Source of the DNA: Actinomycetes bacterium
GTDB lineage: Bacteria; Actinomycetota; Actinomycetes; S36-B12; UBA5976
NCBI GenBank assembly: GCA_037137575.1
Contig: JBAXKB010000001.1
Location: forward strand, 17,876-81,875
DNA: 64,000 nt
Reading direction: 5' to 3'
The first letter of the stretch is position 1. The number at the start of each line of letters is the position of its first letter. Made by a program: the position numbers and the translations under genes. This document shows positions 8,287 to 19,099 of this stretch, in pieces. The notes beneath the pieces were generated by a model that saw only the letters and a list, made by a program, of their open reading frames with translations, searched no databases and was not told the origin of the DNA.

Positions 8287-10065
8287 ATGGCCAACCAAGG
8301 ATTACCTCCACAAGCATCAGGGCCAGTAGTAAATGCACCGATGGTGGTGCGCTTGGACAATCCGCGCAGGCGGATTCGAACTTTCACGATCTTGCTCATG
8401 ATCTTTATGTTGCTGTGTATCGGGCAACTAGTTAATCTGCAAATCATTCGCGGTCCAGAGCTTGCTGCTCAGGCGGAAAATTCACGCCTACAAACTTTTG
8501 TGGTGCCCGCACTTCGAGGGCAGATAACTGACATAAATGGCAATCCAATTGCGATGAGCATCAAAGCTCGTGATGTAACAGCGGACCAGACGCTTGTGGG
8601 TGATCCCCATAAAACTGCGGTGATTTTAGCTCGCTATCTAAAGATGCCGGTCAAAAAAATTCAGAAACGACTGACTGGCAAACTCCGCTTCAGTTACGTC
8701 GCAAGAAACATCACACCAGAATTGTGGGACAAAATTGCAGCTGAGCAGCTTAAAGGAATTCTCAGCCAGGCAACTTCATCGCGAATCTATCCCGAAGGTG
8801 ATTTGGCTGCGAGCCTACTTGGTTTCACAGGATACGATGGCCGAGGTTTAGTTGGCCTCGAGGAAAAATACGACGATTGGCTATCTGGTAAAGATGGCAA
8901 ACAAACCGTGGAAATGGTCAATGGGACCCAAATTCCAACCGGGCCGAATTCTGGAATTGATGCGATAGATGGCGGTTCAATCAAACTAACTATTGACGAC
9001 TCAATTCAGGCAGTAGCTGAACGAGCCCTGGCGCGTCAGGTTATTGCACAGCATGCCGTCGGTGGCGACGTTGTTGTAATGGATCCAAAAACCTTCCAAA
9101 TTTTAGCCATGGCGACTTATCCGACTTATAACCCAAACAAGCCAGAAAAATATTCTCCGGATCAACAGCGCAATAGCGCAGTTCAGGATTCTTTTGAACC
9201 CGGGTCCACTAGCAAAGTTATGACAATGTCTGCCGTGATCGAAGAGGGTGCCCTCAAGCCAACTAGCAAATTAGTGATTCCACCAACAATTCGCAAAGGT
9301 GGAACAAATTTTCATGACCATGAACCACATGGAACATTACATCTAACGCTCAACGGTGTTTTGGCTCTATCAAGCAACATCGGATCGATTATCGCGTCCA
9401 ACAAAATTGGACAAGACAAGTTCCTTGGTTACTTGCAAAAGTTTGGTGTTGGCCAATTGACTGGTTCAAATATTTACGGTGAGGCATCTGGAAGTTTGCC
9501 TAATCCTAAAAATGAGAACGAGTGGTCGGACACCACATTCCCAACTCTGGCTTTTGGTCAGGGGCTTTCAGTTACTGCGCTTCAAGTAGCCAGCATTTAT
9601 TCCACGATTGCAAATAATGGGGTTCGACTTACTCCACAAATTCTCGCAGGCACCACGAGCAATGTTGGTGTTTACACTCCCGCGCCGCCACCAACTGCCA
9701 CTCGGGTAGTCAGCGCAAAAACGGCTCGAATAATCCGAGAAATGTTAGAAAGTGTTGTCTCGGCTGAAGGAACAGCTCCAGCCGCACAAATTCCTGGCTA
9801 TCGAGTTGCTGGAAAAACAGGTACGGCAAACCGCTCTCGGGTAAATGGTCCTGGATACAGCGGATACACCGCATCTTTTGTTGGAATGGCACCTGCAGAA
9901 AATCCTGCCTTAGTGGTTGCAGTCATGATTCACACACCTGGCGGGTTGCACTTCGGTAGTTTGCTTTCAGGTCCAGTCTTTCGAGAAGTGATGATGTACT
10001 CGTTAGCGCACCGCAAAGTTCCGCCGTCAAGTCAGAAACGACCAAAAATTGCTGTGAAGTGGTGA
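8287..10065 (+). CDS. ftsI: Division-specific class B penicillin-binding protein (FtsI/PBP3)
   Basis: N-terminal TM helix and a transpeptidase motif set: STSK (GSTSKVMT), SSN (LSSNIG), KTGTA. Position in the dcw cluster. Confidence 0.9.
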   Translation: MANQGLPPQASGPVVNAPMVVRLDNPRRRIRTFTILLMIFMLLCIGQLVNLQIIRGPELAAQAENSRLQTFVVPALRGQITDINGNPIAMSIKARDVTADQTLVGDPHKTAVILARYLKMPVKKIQKRLTGKLRFSYVARNITPELWDKIAAEQLKGILSQATSSRIYPEGDLAASLLGFTGYDGRGLVGLEEKYDDWLSGKDGKQTVEMVNGTQIPTGPNSGIDAIDGGSIKLTIDDSIQAVAERALARQVIAQHAVGGDVVVMDPKTFQILAMATYPTYNPNKPEKYSPDQQRNSAVQDSFEPGSTSKVMTMSAVIEEGALKPTSKLVIPPTIRKGGTNFHDHEPHGTLHLTLNGVLALSSNIGSIIASNKIGQDKFLGYLQKFGVGQLTGSNIYGEASGSLPNPKNENEWSDTTFPTLAFGQGLSVTALQVASIYSTIANNGVRLTPQILAGTTSNVGVYTPAPPPTATRVVSAKTARIIREMLESVVSAEGTAPAAQIPGYRVAGKTGTANRSRVNGPGYSGYTASFVGMAPAENPALVVAVMIHTPGGLHFGSLLSGPVFREVMMYSLAHRKVPPSSQKRPKIAVKW

Positions 10066-10069
10066 TGTT

Positions 10070-11545
10070 ATGCAAACCGGCCAACCAGCATCAACTTCGC
10101 TAGCTAAACTCGGTGCTCGACTCAATCTGCAGGTAAGCGCTGACGTTGAAATTAACGGGATAACTCACGACTCAAGAGCCGTAATTGATGGCGACCTGTA
10201 TGTGGCAATTCCCGGACTAACTCAACACGGGATTAATTTTGCGCAGCAAGCGATTGATAACGGAGCAGTTGCTATCGCCAGTGATCAACCTGGATGCGAA
10301 ATTGCAAAAAATCTAGGATTGCCCTGGCTATTGTTAGGTGACGCCCGCCTAGATATGGCATCAGTTGCAGCCGAGTTTTATGGGCACCCGGAACAAAAAT
10401 TGAAAATGATTGGTGTGACCGGAACAAATGGGAAGACCACAATTACGCAGATATTACGCACACTTTTGCTTGGAGCCGGGCATAGCGTGGGTGTTATTGG
10501 CACCTTAGGTGCGTTTGTTGGTGACTTAGAAATTCCGAGTAAGCGCACAACGCCTGAATCTACAGATCTCTTTAAATTGTTAGCGCAGATGGTAAGCGCC
10601 GGCGCCGATACGGTTTGTATGGAAGTTTCAAGCCACGCACTCGAATTGCATCGAGTCGCAGGAATTAAATTTGATGTGGCAATCTTTACTAACCTCACCC
10701 AAGACCACTTAGATTTTCATGGCTCAATGGAAAATTATTTTGCCGCTAAACAAAAACTTTTCACTGACTCCCGTTGCAAGGTCGCGGTTATCGACTGTGA
10801 TGATGACTGGGGCCGCAAGCTAATCTCAAGTACAGATGCGCAGCAGGTGATTTCTGTTGGAGCAATAGGCGATTGGCGAATCAGTGACGTACTAACGCAG
10901 CTATCTGGAAGCACTCGGTTTAATTTAGAAAGTCCAACTCAAAACTTCGATGTGAGCATTCCGATGTATGGCGAATTTAATGCCAAGAATGCTGCGCTGT
11001 GTTTAGCCACGTGTGCGATTTTGGGTCTCGATCCGCTAGTCGTGAAAGATTCGTTGGCCAACTTGCCACAGGTGCCCGGGCGTATGCAATTAGTGGCTAG
11101 CAATAGCGACTTCTTAGCATTTGTTGATTATGCGCATACCCCTGATGCAGTGGAAAAAGTATTGACCGAAATTCTCGTAGCTAAACCCACAAAGCTAATC
11201 ACGGTTATCGGTTGTGGTGGAAATCGTGATTCAAGTAAGCGCCCACTAATGGGTCAGATTGCTGCTCGGTTAGCAGATGTGGTTGTAATTACTGACGATA
11301 ATCCCAGAAGTGAAGACCCAGCACAGATTCGTCAGGCAGTATTTGAGGGAACTTTGGGGCAACCTGCGCAGGTTTTTAAAATTGGTGACCGACGTGATGC
11401 GATTGCTTTCGCCATTTCACTTGCGGGTAGTGGAGATGTTGTTGCTGTGCTGGGCAAAGGACATGAAGTTGGGCAAGAAATCAACGGAATCATTACTGAA
11501 TTTGACGATGTAAAAGTGATTCGTGAGGTGATTGTTGGTGCATAA
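10070..11545 (+). CDS. murE: UDP-N-acetylmuramoyl-L-alanyl-D-glutamate--2,6-diaminopimelate ligase MurE
   Basis: GVTGTNGKTT P-loop, DNPR motif (ITDDNPRSEDP), and dcw position. Confidence 0.92.
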   Translation: MQTGQPASTSLAKLGARLNLQVSADVEINGITHDSRAVIDGDLYVAIPGLTQHGINFAQQAIDNGAVAIASDQPGCEIAKNLGLPWLLLGDARLDMASVAAEFYGHPEQKLKMIGVTGTNGKTTITQILRTLLLGAGHSVGVIGTLGAFVGDLEIPSKRTTPESTDLFKLLAQMVSAGADTVCMEVSSHALELHRVAGIKFDVAIFTNLTQDHLDFHGSMENYFAAKQKLFTDSRCKVAVIDCDDDWGRKLISSTDAQQVISVGAIGDWRISDVLTQLSGSTRFNLESPTQNFDVSIPMYGEFNAKNAALCLATCAILGLDPLVVKDSLANLPQVPGRMQLVASNSDFLAFVDYAHTPDAVEKVLTEILVAKPTKLITVIGCGGNRDSSKRPLMGQIAARLADVVVITDDNPRSEDPAQIRQAVFEGTLGQPAQVFKIGDRRDAIAFAISLAGSGDVVAVLGKGHEVGQEINGIITEFDDVKVIREVIVGA

Positions 11546-12953
11546 AATTACGCTTGCGAAAATTGCTGAAATCACTGGCGGTCAGGTTTTTGGAGATCCG
11601 GATTTAATTCTTTCTGCAATTTCAACAGATTCAAGGAGCTCCTCTGAAAATTGGTTATTCGCTGCAATCAAAGGTGAGCGAGCAGATGGTCACAACTATG
11701 TTGCGCAAGCTTTGGGCAATGGCGCAATGGCCTGCTTGGTTTCCCAGTCAGTCGAAGGTCCGCATGTTTTAGTCCCGAACTATGGAGTAGAACTTGATCC
11801 AGTTATTTATGCTCTTGGGAAACTCGCTGCATTCGACCGCGCTCAATTCACAAATGTAAACGTTGTCGCCATCACTGGCTCGTCCGGAAAAACATCAACC
11901 AAGGACCTCATTGGACAAGTGCTAAAACACTCAGGTCCAACACAAGCACCAGCGGGCTCACAGAACAATGAACTCGGGCTTCCGTTAACTATTTTAACTG
12001 CAGATAGTGATGTCAATAATTTAGTTTTAGAGATGGGTATGCGCGGATTAGGGCACATCTCATACTTGTGTGAAATTGCGAGCCCAACTATCTCGGTTGT
12101 AACCAATGTGGGTCAGGCGCACATTGGTGAAGTTGGATCCATCGAAAACATAGCCAAAGCTAAATCGGAAATAGTGCAAGGACTTTGTGCGCAAAATTGG
12201 GCAATTCTGAACTATGACGATCCCTACGTTTTAGAAATGCGCAACTTAACGAAGGCTCAGGTACTTACCTATGGATTGAGCGTAGCCGCTGATGTTCGCG
12301 CACTCAATATTTCATCTTGTGATGATGGAACTTATGAATTCGATATTCAAATAGCAAACGAAATTGAACGCGTTAGGTTGCCACTACTAGGTGAGCACAA
12401 TGTTTTGAATGCCTTAGCGGCAGCTTCGGTAGGAATCACTTGCGGCATGAAATTATCAACCGTAGTTGAAGCACTCAGTTCAGTAACTTTACTTAGCCCA
12501 TGGCGTATGGAGAAATCTGTGTTGGGTAACGGAGTTACCGTAATCAACGATGCCTACAACGCAAACCCAGAATCAATGTCAGCCGCGCTTCGCGCGCTTG
12601 CAGGTATCGCACCGTCTGGGCACTCGTGGGCTGTACTTGGTGCGATGGCTGAACTAGGCGAATTTTCCATTGAACAACATGATGCAATCGGTCGACTTGC
12701 TGTGCGATTGGATATTTCCAATTTGGTAGTTGTTGGGGAGCAGGCCAAAGCTTTGTATTTAGGTGCACTCCAAGAGGGGTCTTGGGATGGTGAGTCGGTG
12801 TGGTTTCCCGACTTTAGTTCAGCCTGCGATTACATTGTTGAGAGGGTTAAATCGCCAGATGTCGTGCTATTTAAAGCATCGCGCTCAGGTCAGTTTGAAC
12901 AGTTAGCCCAAATGGTCTCTGATGCGATGAATGATGAGGGGAGTGCACAGTGA
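11538..12953 (+). CDS. murF: UDP-N-acetylmuramoyl-tripeptide--D-alanyl-D-alanine ligase MurF
   Basis: ITGSSGKTSTK P-loop and dcw position. Candidate starts are TTG 11532, TTG 11535 and GTG 11538. GTG 11538 has the best spacing to GAGG (11525-11528). Confidence 0.9.
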   Translation: MHKITLAKIAEITGGQVFGDPDLILSAISTDSRSSSENWLFAAIKGERADGHNYVAQALGNGAMACLVSQSVEGPHVLVPNYGVELDPVIYALGKLAAFDRAQFTNVNVVAITGSSGKTSTKDLIGQVLKHSGPTQAPAGSQNNELGLPLTILTADSDVNNLVLEMGMRGLGHISYLCEIASPTISVVTNVGQAHIGEVGSIENIAKAKSEIVQGLCAQNWAILNYDDPYVLEMRNLTKAQVLTYGLSVAADVRALNISSCDDGTYEFDIQIANEIERVRLPLLGEHNVLNALAAASVGITCGMKLSTVVEALSSVTLLSPWRMEKSVLGNGVTVINDAYNANPESMSAALRALAGIAPSGHSWAVLGAMAELGEFSIEQHDAIGRLAVRLDISNLVVVGEQAKALYLGALQEGSWDGESVWFPDFSSACDYIVERVKSPDVVLFKASRSGQFEQLAQMVSDAMNDEGSAQ

Positions 12954-14017
12954 AGTTAGTTGTACTCGCTGGTGCATTTGCCGCAATCTTCTCGTTGATA
13001 TTGACGCCTCTTTTAATTAAAGTTCTTGGCCGGCGCGGTCTTTCTCAGGCAATCAGAGAATCGGCCGATGGCATCAATTACCCAGAACACGGCAGTAAGC
13101 GCGGGACGCCATCTATGGGTGGCTTAGCAATTTTAGGTTCGGTGGTTCTGGCTTACACGCTGACACACTTAATCGCGTGGACTATGCCAACTGCAACAGG
13201 GTTGCTTGCACTTTACCTAATGGTCGGATTGGGTCTTGTTGGTGTGGCCGATGACTATTTGAAGATCTTCAAACGACGAAGTACGGGCATCCGCGCTCGG
13301 ACTAAATTAATCGGTCAAGCACTCGTTGCATTGAGTTTTGGCTGGCTAGGTTTGCAATTTCCAGATGCGCAAGGACGTCATCCGTTATCGCACGCAATTT
13401 CCGTAGTTCGAGATACGCCATGGATTTTGCCAACAGGTGTTGTCCTGCTTTGGGTTTGGTTCTTGATTACCGGCATCACCAATGGTGTTAATCTGACCGA
13501 CGGGCTTGATGGCCTAGCTTGTGGCGCAGCAGTAATGGCGTTCATTGCGTACACCGTTCTTTGTGTGTGGCAGTACGGACAGAACTGCCAATTCGGAGAT
13601 GTCGCGCGCTGTTACACCGTGCGCGATCCACTTGATTTAGCAATGTTTGCAGCGATGTGTGCTGGTTCATGCTTTGGGTTCTTGTGGTGGAACACTAGCC
13701 CAGCAAAAATCTTTATGGGAGATACTGGTTCTTTGTCTTTGGGCGGGGCAATTGCAGCACTGGCACTTTTGACCAGAACTGAACTGTTACTGCCGCTTTT
13801 CGGTGGTCTTTTTGTGATCATCACGCTTTCCGTTATTGCCCAGGTGACGTCCTATAAGTTAACTGGCAAACGGGTTTTATTAATGGCGCCGCTACATCAC
13901 CATTTTGAAATGCTGGGCTGGCCAGAAACATTAATCGTTGTTCGGTTTTGGATTATCCAAGGCGTTTGCGTCGGTGGCGCTATGGCACTTTTCTATGCTG
14001 AGTGGGTCCGACAATGA
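12950..14017 (+). CDS. mraY: Phospho-N-acetylmuramoyl-pentapeptide transferase MraY
   Basis: NGVNLTDGLDGLA and PAKIFMGDTGSLSLGG motifs in a polytopic membrane protein. GTGA overlap with murF. Confidence 0.93.
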   Translation: MKLVVLAGAFAAIFSLILTPLLIKVLGRRGLSQAIRESADGINYPEHGSKRGTPSMGGLAILGSVVLAYTLTHLIAWTMPTATGLLALYLMVGLGLVGVADDYLKIFKRRSTGIRARTKLIGQALVALSFGWLGLQFPDAQGRHPLSHAISVVRDTPWILPTGVVLLWVWFLITGITNGVNLTDGLDGLACGAAVMAFIAYTVLCVWQYGQNCQFGDVARCYTVRDPLDLAMFAAMCAGSCFGFLWWNTSPAKIFMGDTGSLSLGGAIAALALLTRTELLLPLFGGLFVIITLSVIAQVTSYKLTGKRVLLMAPLHHHFEMLGWPETLIVVRFWIIQGVCVGGAMALFYAEWVRQ

Positions 14018-14029
14018 GGCCTGATTTAG

Positions 14030-15472
14030 ATGCATGAAGTAAGTAAATTGAATCGAACTTCGGACTGGTCGCAAATTCGTGTCGCAGTTGTTGGTTTTGG
14101 TCTTGCCGGCTTTGCCGCTGCAGACGCGTTGATCCAGATGGATGCCCAAGTTCTAATAATTGATGGCGCACCCCGAGATAAGTATGCAGACAAGGCTCAG
14201 CTACTTGAAATTCTTGGCGCCGAATTTCAGTTTGATGATGATGTAACTTTGCCAAGCGATTTAGATGTGTTGGTTTTATCTCCTGGAGTTTCACCGCTTG
14301 CACCGATTGTTAAAGCAGCCCAAAGTGCTGAGGTAACTATTTGGGGTGAGTTGGAATTAGCTTGGAGATTGCGAGACCCAGAAACGGCGGCTCCTTGGGT
14401 TGCTATTACCGGGACTAACGGCAAAACCACAACCACCCGAATGGTTGAATCCATCCTCGCGGAAAAATACGGCGCACAGAATGTGCGAGCAGCGGGCAAT
14501 ATTGGTTTGCCAATGTGCGAGGTAGTTATGGACCCAAATCCACTCGCGGCGATTGTCGTTGAAGTAGGTGCGCCACAACTTCCATTTGTACATTCCGTTT
14601 CACCGGTTGCCTCTGTTTGTCTGAACTTGGCGCCTGATCACATCGACCTATTTGGGTCATTTGAGGCATATCGCGATGCGAAGGCCCGCATTTATCGCAA
14701 TACTCAAATCGCTGCCATCTACAACGAGCAAGATGAAGCCACTGAACGCATGGTTGAACAAGCAGATGTAGTCGAAGGTTGCCGAGCAGTTTCGTTCACG
14801 CTGAGTATTCCGCGTAGTTCGATGGTTGGGTTAGTTGAAGACATTTTGGTAGATCGAGCTTTTCTTTCGCAGCGCGCAACTTCTGCACTTGAAATAATTG
14901 AGTTGTCTGATTTGCCGAGTAATGCCCCACACAATGTTCAAAATGCGTTAGCCGCTATTGCACTTGCTCGAGCAATCGAAATTGAACCTGCATTCATCAA
15001 AGCCGGCTTAATGAATTGGCAGGCAGAGCCACATCGGATTACACATGTTGACCAGGTAAATGGTGTTGACTATGTCGATGATTCCAAGGCGACGAACACG
15101 CATGCGGCATTCACTTCTATTCGTGCTTACGAGTCTGTTGTGTGGATTGCTGGGGGATTAGCAAAAGGTCAGGATTTCACCGAGCTGGTAGAAAAATCAG
15201 CAAGTCGGCTTCGTGGGGTCGTCCTTTTAGGCGCAGATCAGGAGTTGATTGCGCAGGCATTGACTAAATTTGCCCCCGATGTTCCAGTGCACAGAGTGCA
15301 CAGCACCCAGATAGATGCAATGACTTCTGTGGTTGCATTGGCCGCACAGTTAGCCAGCAGAGGGGACACTGTGTTACTCGCTCCAGGCTGCGCATCATGG
15401 GATATGTATCGAGATTACGCGCATCGTGGCGACGCATTTGCGCAGGCAGTTCGAGAGTTAGGGACATTATGA
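14030..15472 (+). CDS. murD: UDP-N-acetylmuramoylalanine--D-glutamate ligase MurD
   Basis: N-terminal Rossmann-like VAVVGFGLAG, ITGTNGKTTT P-loop, and dcw position. Confidence 0.92.
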   Translation: MHEVSKLNRTSDWSQIRVAVVGFGLAGFAAADALIQMDAQVLIIDGAPRDKYADKAQLLEILGAEFQFDDDVTLPSDLDVLVLSPGVSPLAPIVKAAQSAEVTIWGELELAWRLRDPETAAPWVAITGTNGKTTTTRMVESILAEKYGAQNVRAAGNIGLPMCEVVMDPNPLAAIVVEVGAPQLPFVHSVSPVASVCLNLAPDHIDLFGSFEAYRDAKARIYRNTQIAAIYNEQDEATERMVEQADVVEGCRAVSFTLSIPRSSMVGLVEDILVDRAFLSQRATSALEIIELSDLPSNAPHNVQNALAAIALARAIEIEPAFIKAGLMNWQAEPHRITHVDQVNGVDYVDDSKATNTHAAFTSIRAYESVVWIAGGLAKGQDFTELVEKSASRLRGVVLLGADQELIAQALTKFAPDVPVHRVHSTQIDAMTSVVALAAQLASRGDTVLLAPGCASWDMYRDYAHRGDAFAQAVRELGTL

Positions 15473-16641
15473 CCGTCATACAGAACGCGGAGCCGAAAGC
15501 AGATACTAAATCTATTTGGCAGAAACTAGAACACCCGATGGCTCTCTACAACATCATCTTCTGGAGCACTATTGCGCTATTGGTCTCTGGCCTTGTGATG
15601 GTGGCTTCGGCATCAAGTATTTTCGCTTATGAAAATTTCAACGGTAATCAGTGGGCGCTTGTGGAACGCCAAGTGTTATTTGCTGGAATTGGCGTTTTCG
15701 GATTGCTCGTGATGGCTAAGCAAGATAACGAACGAATCAAGAAGTATTCTGGGCCGTTTTTGATAACTGTTGTCGGCCTGCTTTGCGCGGTTCTGGTGAT
15801 CGGATCATCGGTAAATGGGCAAAGGAACTGGATTGAGTTCGGTTCGCTCATTCGTTTCCAGCCTTCGGAATTCGCCAAAATTGGCATCATTCTTTACGGG
15901 GCGAAAATTCTGGCAAATTATGAAGGCGAATTGCATCTAGTTTCTCGGCTCTTAAATCCATATGGTGTGGTCTGTGTAGTTGTTCTGTTCTTAATCCTTG
16001 CGGAAAAAGACTTAGGTACCGCAATGATCATGATGCCCATTATGGCTTCAGCGCTTTACTTTGTTGGCGCTCCGCGCAAATGGTTCTGGATGTTAGCGGG
16101 ATTATTTGTCGGGTTGATTGTTCTGTTGACCATTGCCGCGCCTTATCGAATGGCGCGCTTTACTTCATGGTTGAACCCAAATGCTGATCCGCAAGGTACT
16201 GGCTACCAACTAATCCATGGGCAGCGGGCTATGGGATCTGGCGGTTGGCTCGGAGTAGGACTTGGTGGTTCAAAAGAAAAGTGGGGCACTCTTCCGGAAG
16301 CTCACACCGATTTCATCTACGCAGTTGTGGGTGAAGAAGTTGGGATTGTTGGAACACTAATTGTTCTGGTGTTATTTGTGGCCATAATTTTCTCTGGTTT
16401 GCGCATTGCCCGACTATCTGACGATTTATTCACTCGCTTAGTCACCCTTGGAATTGTTACTTGGATTGCAACGCAGGCTTTTGTGAATATCGGGGCAGTT
16501 CTGGGCATCATGCCAATCACTGGTGTCCCGCTTCCGCTAGTTAGTTATGGCGGCTCCTCACTGATTCCAACATTGGCTGGTCTGGGTATTTTGCTGGCGT
16601 TTGCTAAAAAGCAAGCAGAGTCAGCGGAGCAAACTACATGA
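15469..16641 (+). CDS. ftsW: SEDS-family peptidoglycan polymerase FtsW
   Basis: Polytopic membrane protein with PEAHTDFIYAVVGEE and PLPLVSYGGSS motifs. ATG 15469 forms an ATGA overlap with the murD stop. The track start at 15397 lies inside murD. Confidence 0.9.
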   Translation: MTVIQNAEPKADTKSIWQKLEHPMALYNIIFWSTIALLVSGLVMVASASSIFAYENFNGNQWALVERQVLFAGIGVFGLLVMAKQDNERIKKYSGPFLITVVGLLCAVLVIGSSVNGQRNWIEFGSLIRFQPSEFAKIGIILYGAKILANYEGELHLVSRLLNPYGVVCVVVLFLILAEKDLGTAMIMMPIMASALYFVGAPRKWFWMLAGLFVGLIVLLTIAAPYRMARFTSWLNPNADPQGTGYQLIHGQRAMGSGGWLGVGLGGSKEKWGTLPEAHTDFIYAVVGEEVGIVGTLIVLVLFVAIIFSGLRIARLSDDLFTRLVTLGIVTWIATQAFVNIGAVLGIMPITGVPLPLVSYGGSSLIPTLAGLGILLAFAKKQAESAEQTT

Positions 16642-17702
16642 AGATAGTTGTGGCTGGCGGCGGAACCGCTGGACATATTGAACCGGCATTAAACGTGGCC
16701 GATGCGATAGTTGAGCGTCATCCTGACGTGAAGATTGTTGCACTTGGCACTGAACGCGGATTAGAGACCACGCTCGTCCCGGCGCGCGGATATCGTTTGG
16801 AACTTATCCCGGCCGTCCCACTGCCGCGCAGAATAAATCAAGAACTGTTTACTGTGCCAATAAGGTTGAAGGCTGCAGTTGCCCAATGCCGTGAGGTTTT
16901 GCAAGATGCCGATGTATTAATTGGTTTTGGTGGCTATGTGGCGCTTCCTGCTTACCTGGCCGCACGAGGCAGGGTGCCTATTGTCATTCATGAGGCAAAT
17001 GCCCGACCGGGCCTTGCCAACAGAGTAGGCGCACGGTTTGCAAGCGCAGTAGCTGAAACCGTTTCAGGCTCGATGAGCCATGGTATTTTAACTGGCATTC
17101 CGCTTCGGACTTCGATCCAGAACTTTGATCGAGGCAGCCTATTGATCGAAGCTCGAAATCATTTCAACATTGCGCTAGATGCAACCGTGATTTTAGTATT
17201 TGGCGGATCGCAAGGCGCTGTGAAACTTAATACGGTGATTGAGCAGTGTCGGCAGGAAGGAACATTTAAGGATGTTCACATTATTCATGCTGTTGGCATG
17301 AAAAATGAGTTACCAATAGCTAGTGGTAACACCTATCACGCAGTTCATTACATCGAACAAATGAATCTTGCCTATGCAGCTGCAGATTTTGTGATTGCGC
17401 GTTCGGGGGCGATGACTGTGGCTGAACTAACCGCAGTTGGTTTACCTGCATGTTATGTGCCACTACCAATTGGTAATGGCGAACAGAAACTAAATGCCGA
17501 GCATGTGGTTAAGGCCGGGGGAGCGATTCTGGTTACAGATACAGATTTCACCGCTAAGTTCGTTGCAGATGCAGTAATGCCTGTTGTGACTGACAAATTA
17601 AAATTGGCCAGTATGGCTCAAATTTCTGCCAGCTTCGGTCGTCGTGATGCGAGTAGTCGAATTGTTGACATCATCGATCGGGTAATTGCGGGTGGCGCAT
17701 GA
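16638..17702 (+). CDS. murG: Undecaprenyl-PP-MurNAc-pentapeptide UDP-GlcNAc transferase MurG
   Basis: GGGTAGHIEPAL and FGGSQGA motifs, plus dcw position. Confidence 0.92.
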   Translation: MKIVVAGGGTAGHIEPALNVADAIVERHPDVKIVALGTERGLETTLVPARGYRLELIPAVPLPRRINQELFTVPIRLKAAVAQCREVLQDADVLIGFGGYVALPAYLAARGRVPIVIHEANARPGLANRVGARFASAVAETVSGSMSHGILTGIPLRTSIQNFDRGSLLIEARNHFNIALDATVILVFGGSQGAVKLNTVIEQCRQEGTFKDVHIIHAVGMKNELPIASGNTYHAVHYIEQMNLAYAAADFVIARSGAMTVAELTAVGLPACYVPLPIGNGEQKLNAEHVVKAGGAILVTDTDFTAKFVADAVMPVVTDKLKLASMAQISASFGRRDASSRIVDIIDRVIAGGA

Positions 17703-19099
17703 CGGTTTTATCGGGGCATGTTCACATAGTCGGTATAGGTGGCGCAGGAATGAGCGGAATAGCCCGCGTACTTCTTGCCCGTGGTGTTCAAGTGAGTGGA
17801 AGTGATGCAAAAGAGTCGCGCAGGCTCACTTCACTTAAGCCACTAGGCGCAGATGTATATGTCGGACACAATGGCGCTCGCATGCTGGAATCGGGCAAGC
17901 CAGATGTATTAGTGATTTCAACCGCGATTCCTGACACAAATCCAGAAGTTCAAGCGGCGATAAAACATGGAATTGCTGTAGTTAATCGGGCAACAGCATT
18001 AGCCGAAATCGTCTCGGGTTCAATTGGGGTCAGTGTTGCTGGAACGCATGGAAAAACTACGACAACCTCGATGCTAACTGTTGTGCTCCAGCATGCAGGA
18101 CTTGATCCATCCTTCGTTATTGGTTCGGAGATGAATGAGTCCGGCAGTAATGCGCATTCTGGTTCTGGTGAGCATTTTGTTGTTGAAGCGGATGAAAGCG
18201 ATGGAACATTTCTACGGTTGCCAACTACTGCTGCCATAGTCACAAATGTCGAGCCAGATCACTTAAATTACTGGGGTTCATTTGCGGCCCTTGAACAAGC
18301 TTTTGTTGACTTTATAGTTGGTACTGGAAAAAGTGCCGGTTTCTCAGTCGTTTGTGGCGATGATGCTGGAGCTAAAAAAGCTGCAGATGCTGCTAGCGCG
18401 TTAGGTGCTCGGGTCATTACCTATGGCACTAATACCCACAATGATGCAGTCGTTTCAATGCTGCAAACCCAATCGGTTGGGTCTGTTTTCACCATTACTT
18501 ATCTTGGTCAAACCTACGGTCCAATTAATCTAGTGGTGCCAGGTGAACACAACGCACTTAACGCAACCGCGGCTTTTGTTATGGCTTTAGAGCTTGGTTG
18601 TTCAGCCCAGACGGCATGTGATGGGTTAGCTAGATTTACTGGGACGCATCGGCGTTTTGAATTTCGCGGCGAGGTCGCAGGCGTTCGAGTGTTTGATGAC
18701 TACGCCCATCATCCAACGGAAATTACTGCCGTTCTAAATGCAGCTCGCACCGTAGTTGGATCCGGGCGAGTGCTCGTGGCTTTTCAAGCTCACCACTTTT
18801 ATCGCACAGCGCTGTTCTCTAAAGAATTTGGTCAAGCGCTTGGCCTTGCCGATTTCGTTGTAGTGCTTGAAGTTTTCGCGCCAGGTGAAACGCCAATTCC
18901 AGGTGCATCCGGAAGTGTGATGGCTAGCAATGTTCCGCTTTTGGACGAGGCAGTTGTTTTTGAACCGTCTTGGTCAGCAGTGCCAGCTACTTTGGTCGAG
19001 CATGCCAAGGCAGGCGATATCATTATGACTTTAGGTGCTGGAGACATCGGAATGATGTGCCCGCAAATTCTTGAATTACTTTCTGGGCGAGGACATTAA
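17699..19099 (+). CDS. murC: UDP-N-acetylmuramate--L-alanine ligase MurC
   Basis: HIVGIGGAGMSGIA and GTHGKTTTTSM motifs, plus dcw position. Confidence 0.92.
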   Translation: MTVLSGHVHIVGIGGAGMSGIARVLLARGVQVSGSDAKESRRLTSLKPLGADVYVGHNGARMLESGKPDVLVISTAIPDTNPEVQAAIKHGIAVVNRATALAEIVSGSIGVSVAGTHGKTTTTSMLTVVLQHAGLDPSFVIGSEMNESGSNAHSGSGEHFVVEADESDGTFLRLPTTAAIVTNVEPDHLNYWGSFAALEQAFVDFIVGTGKSAGFSVVCGDDAGAKKAADAASALGARVITYGTNTHNDAVVSMLQTQSVGSVFTITYLGQTYGPINLVVPGEHNALNATAAFVMALELGCSAQTACDGLARFTGTHRRFEFRGEVAGVRVFDDYAHHPTEITAVLNAARTVVGSGRVLVAFQAHHFYRTALFSKEFGQALGLADFVVVLEVFAPGETPIPGASGSVMASNVPLLDEAVVFEPSWSAVPATLVEHAKAGDIIMTLGAGDIGMMCPQILELLSGRGH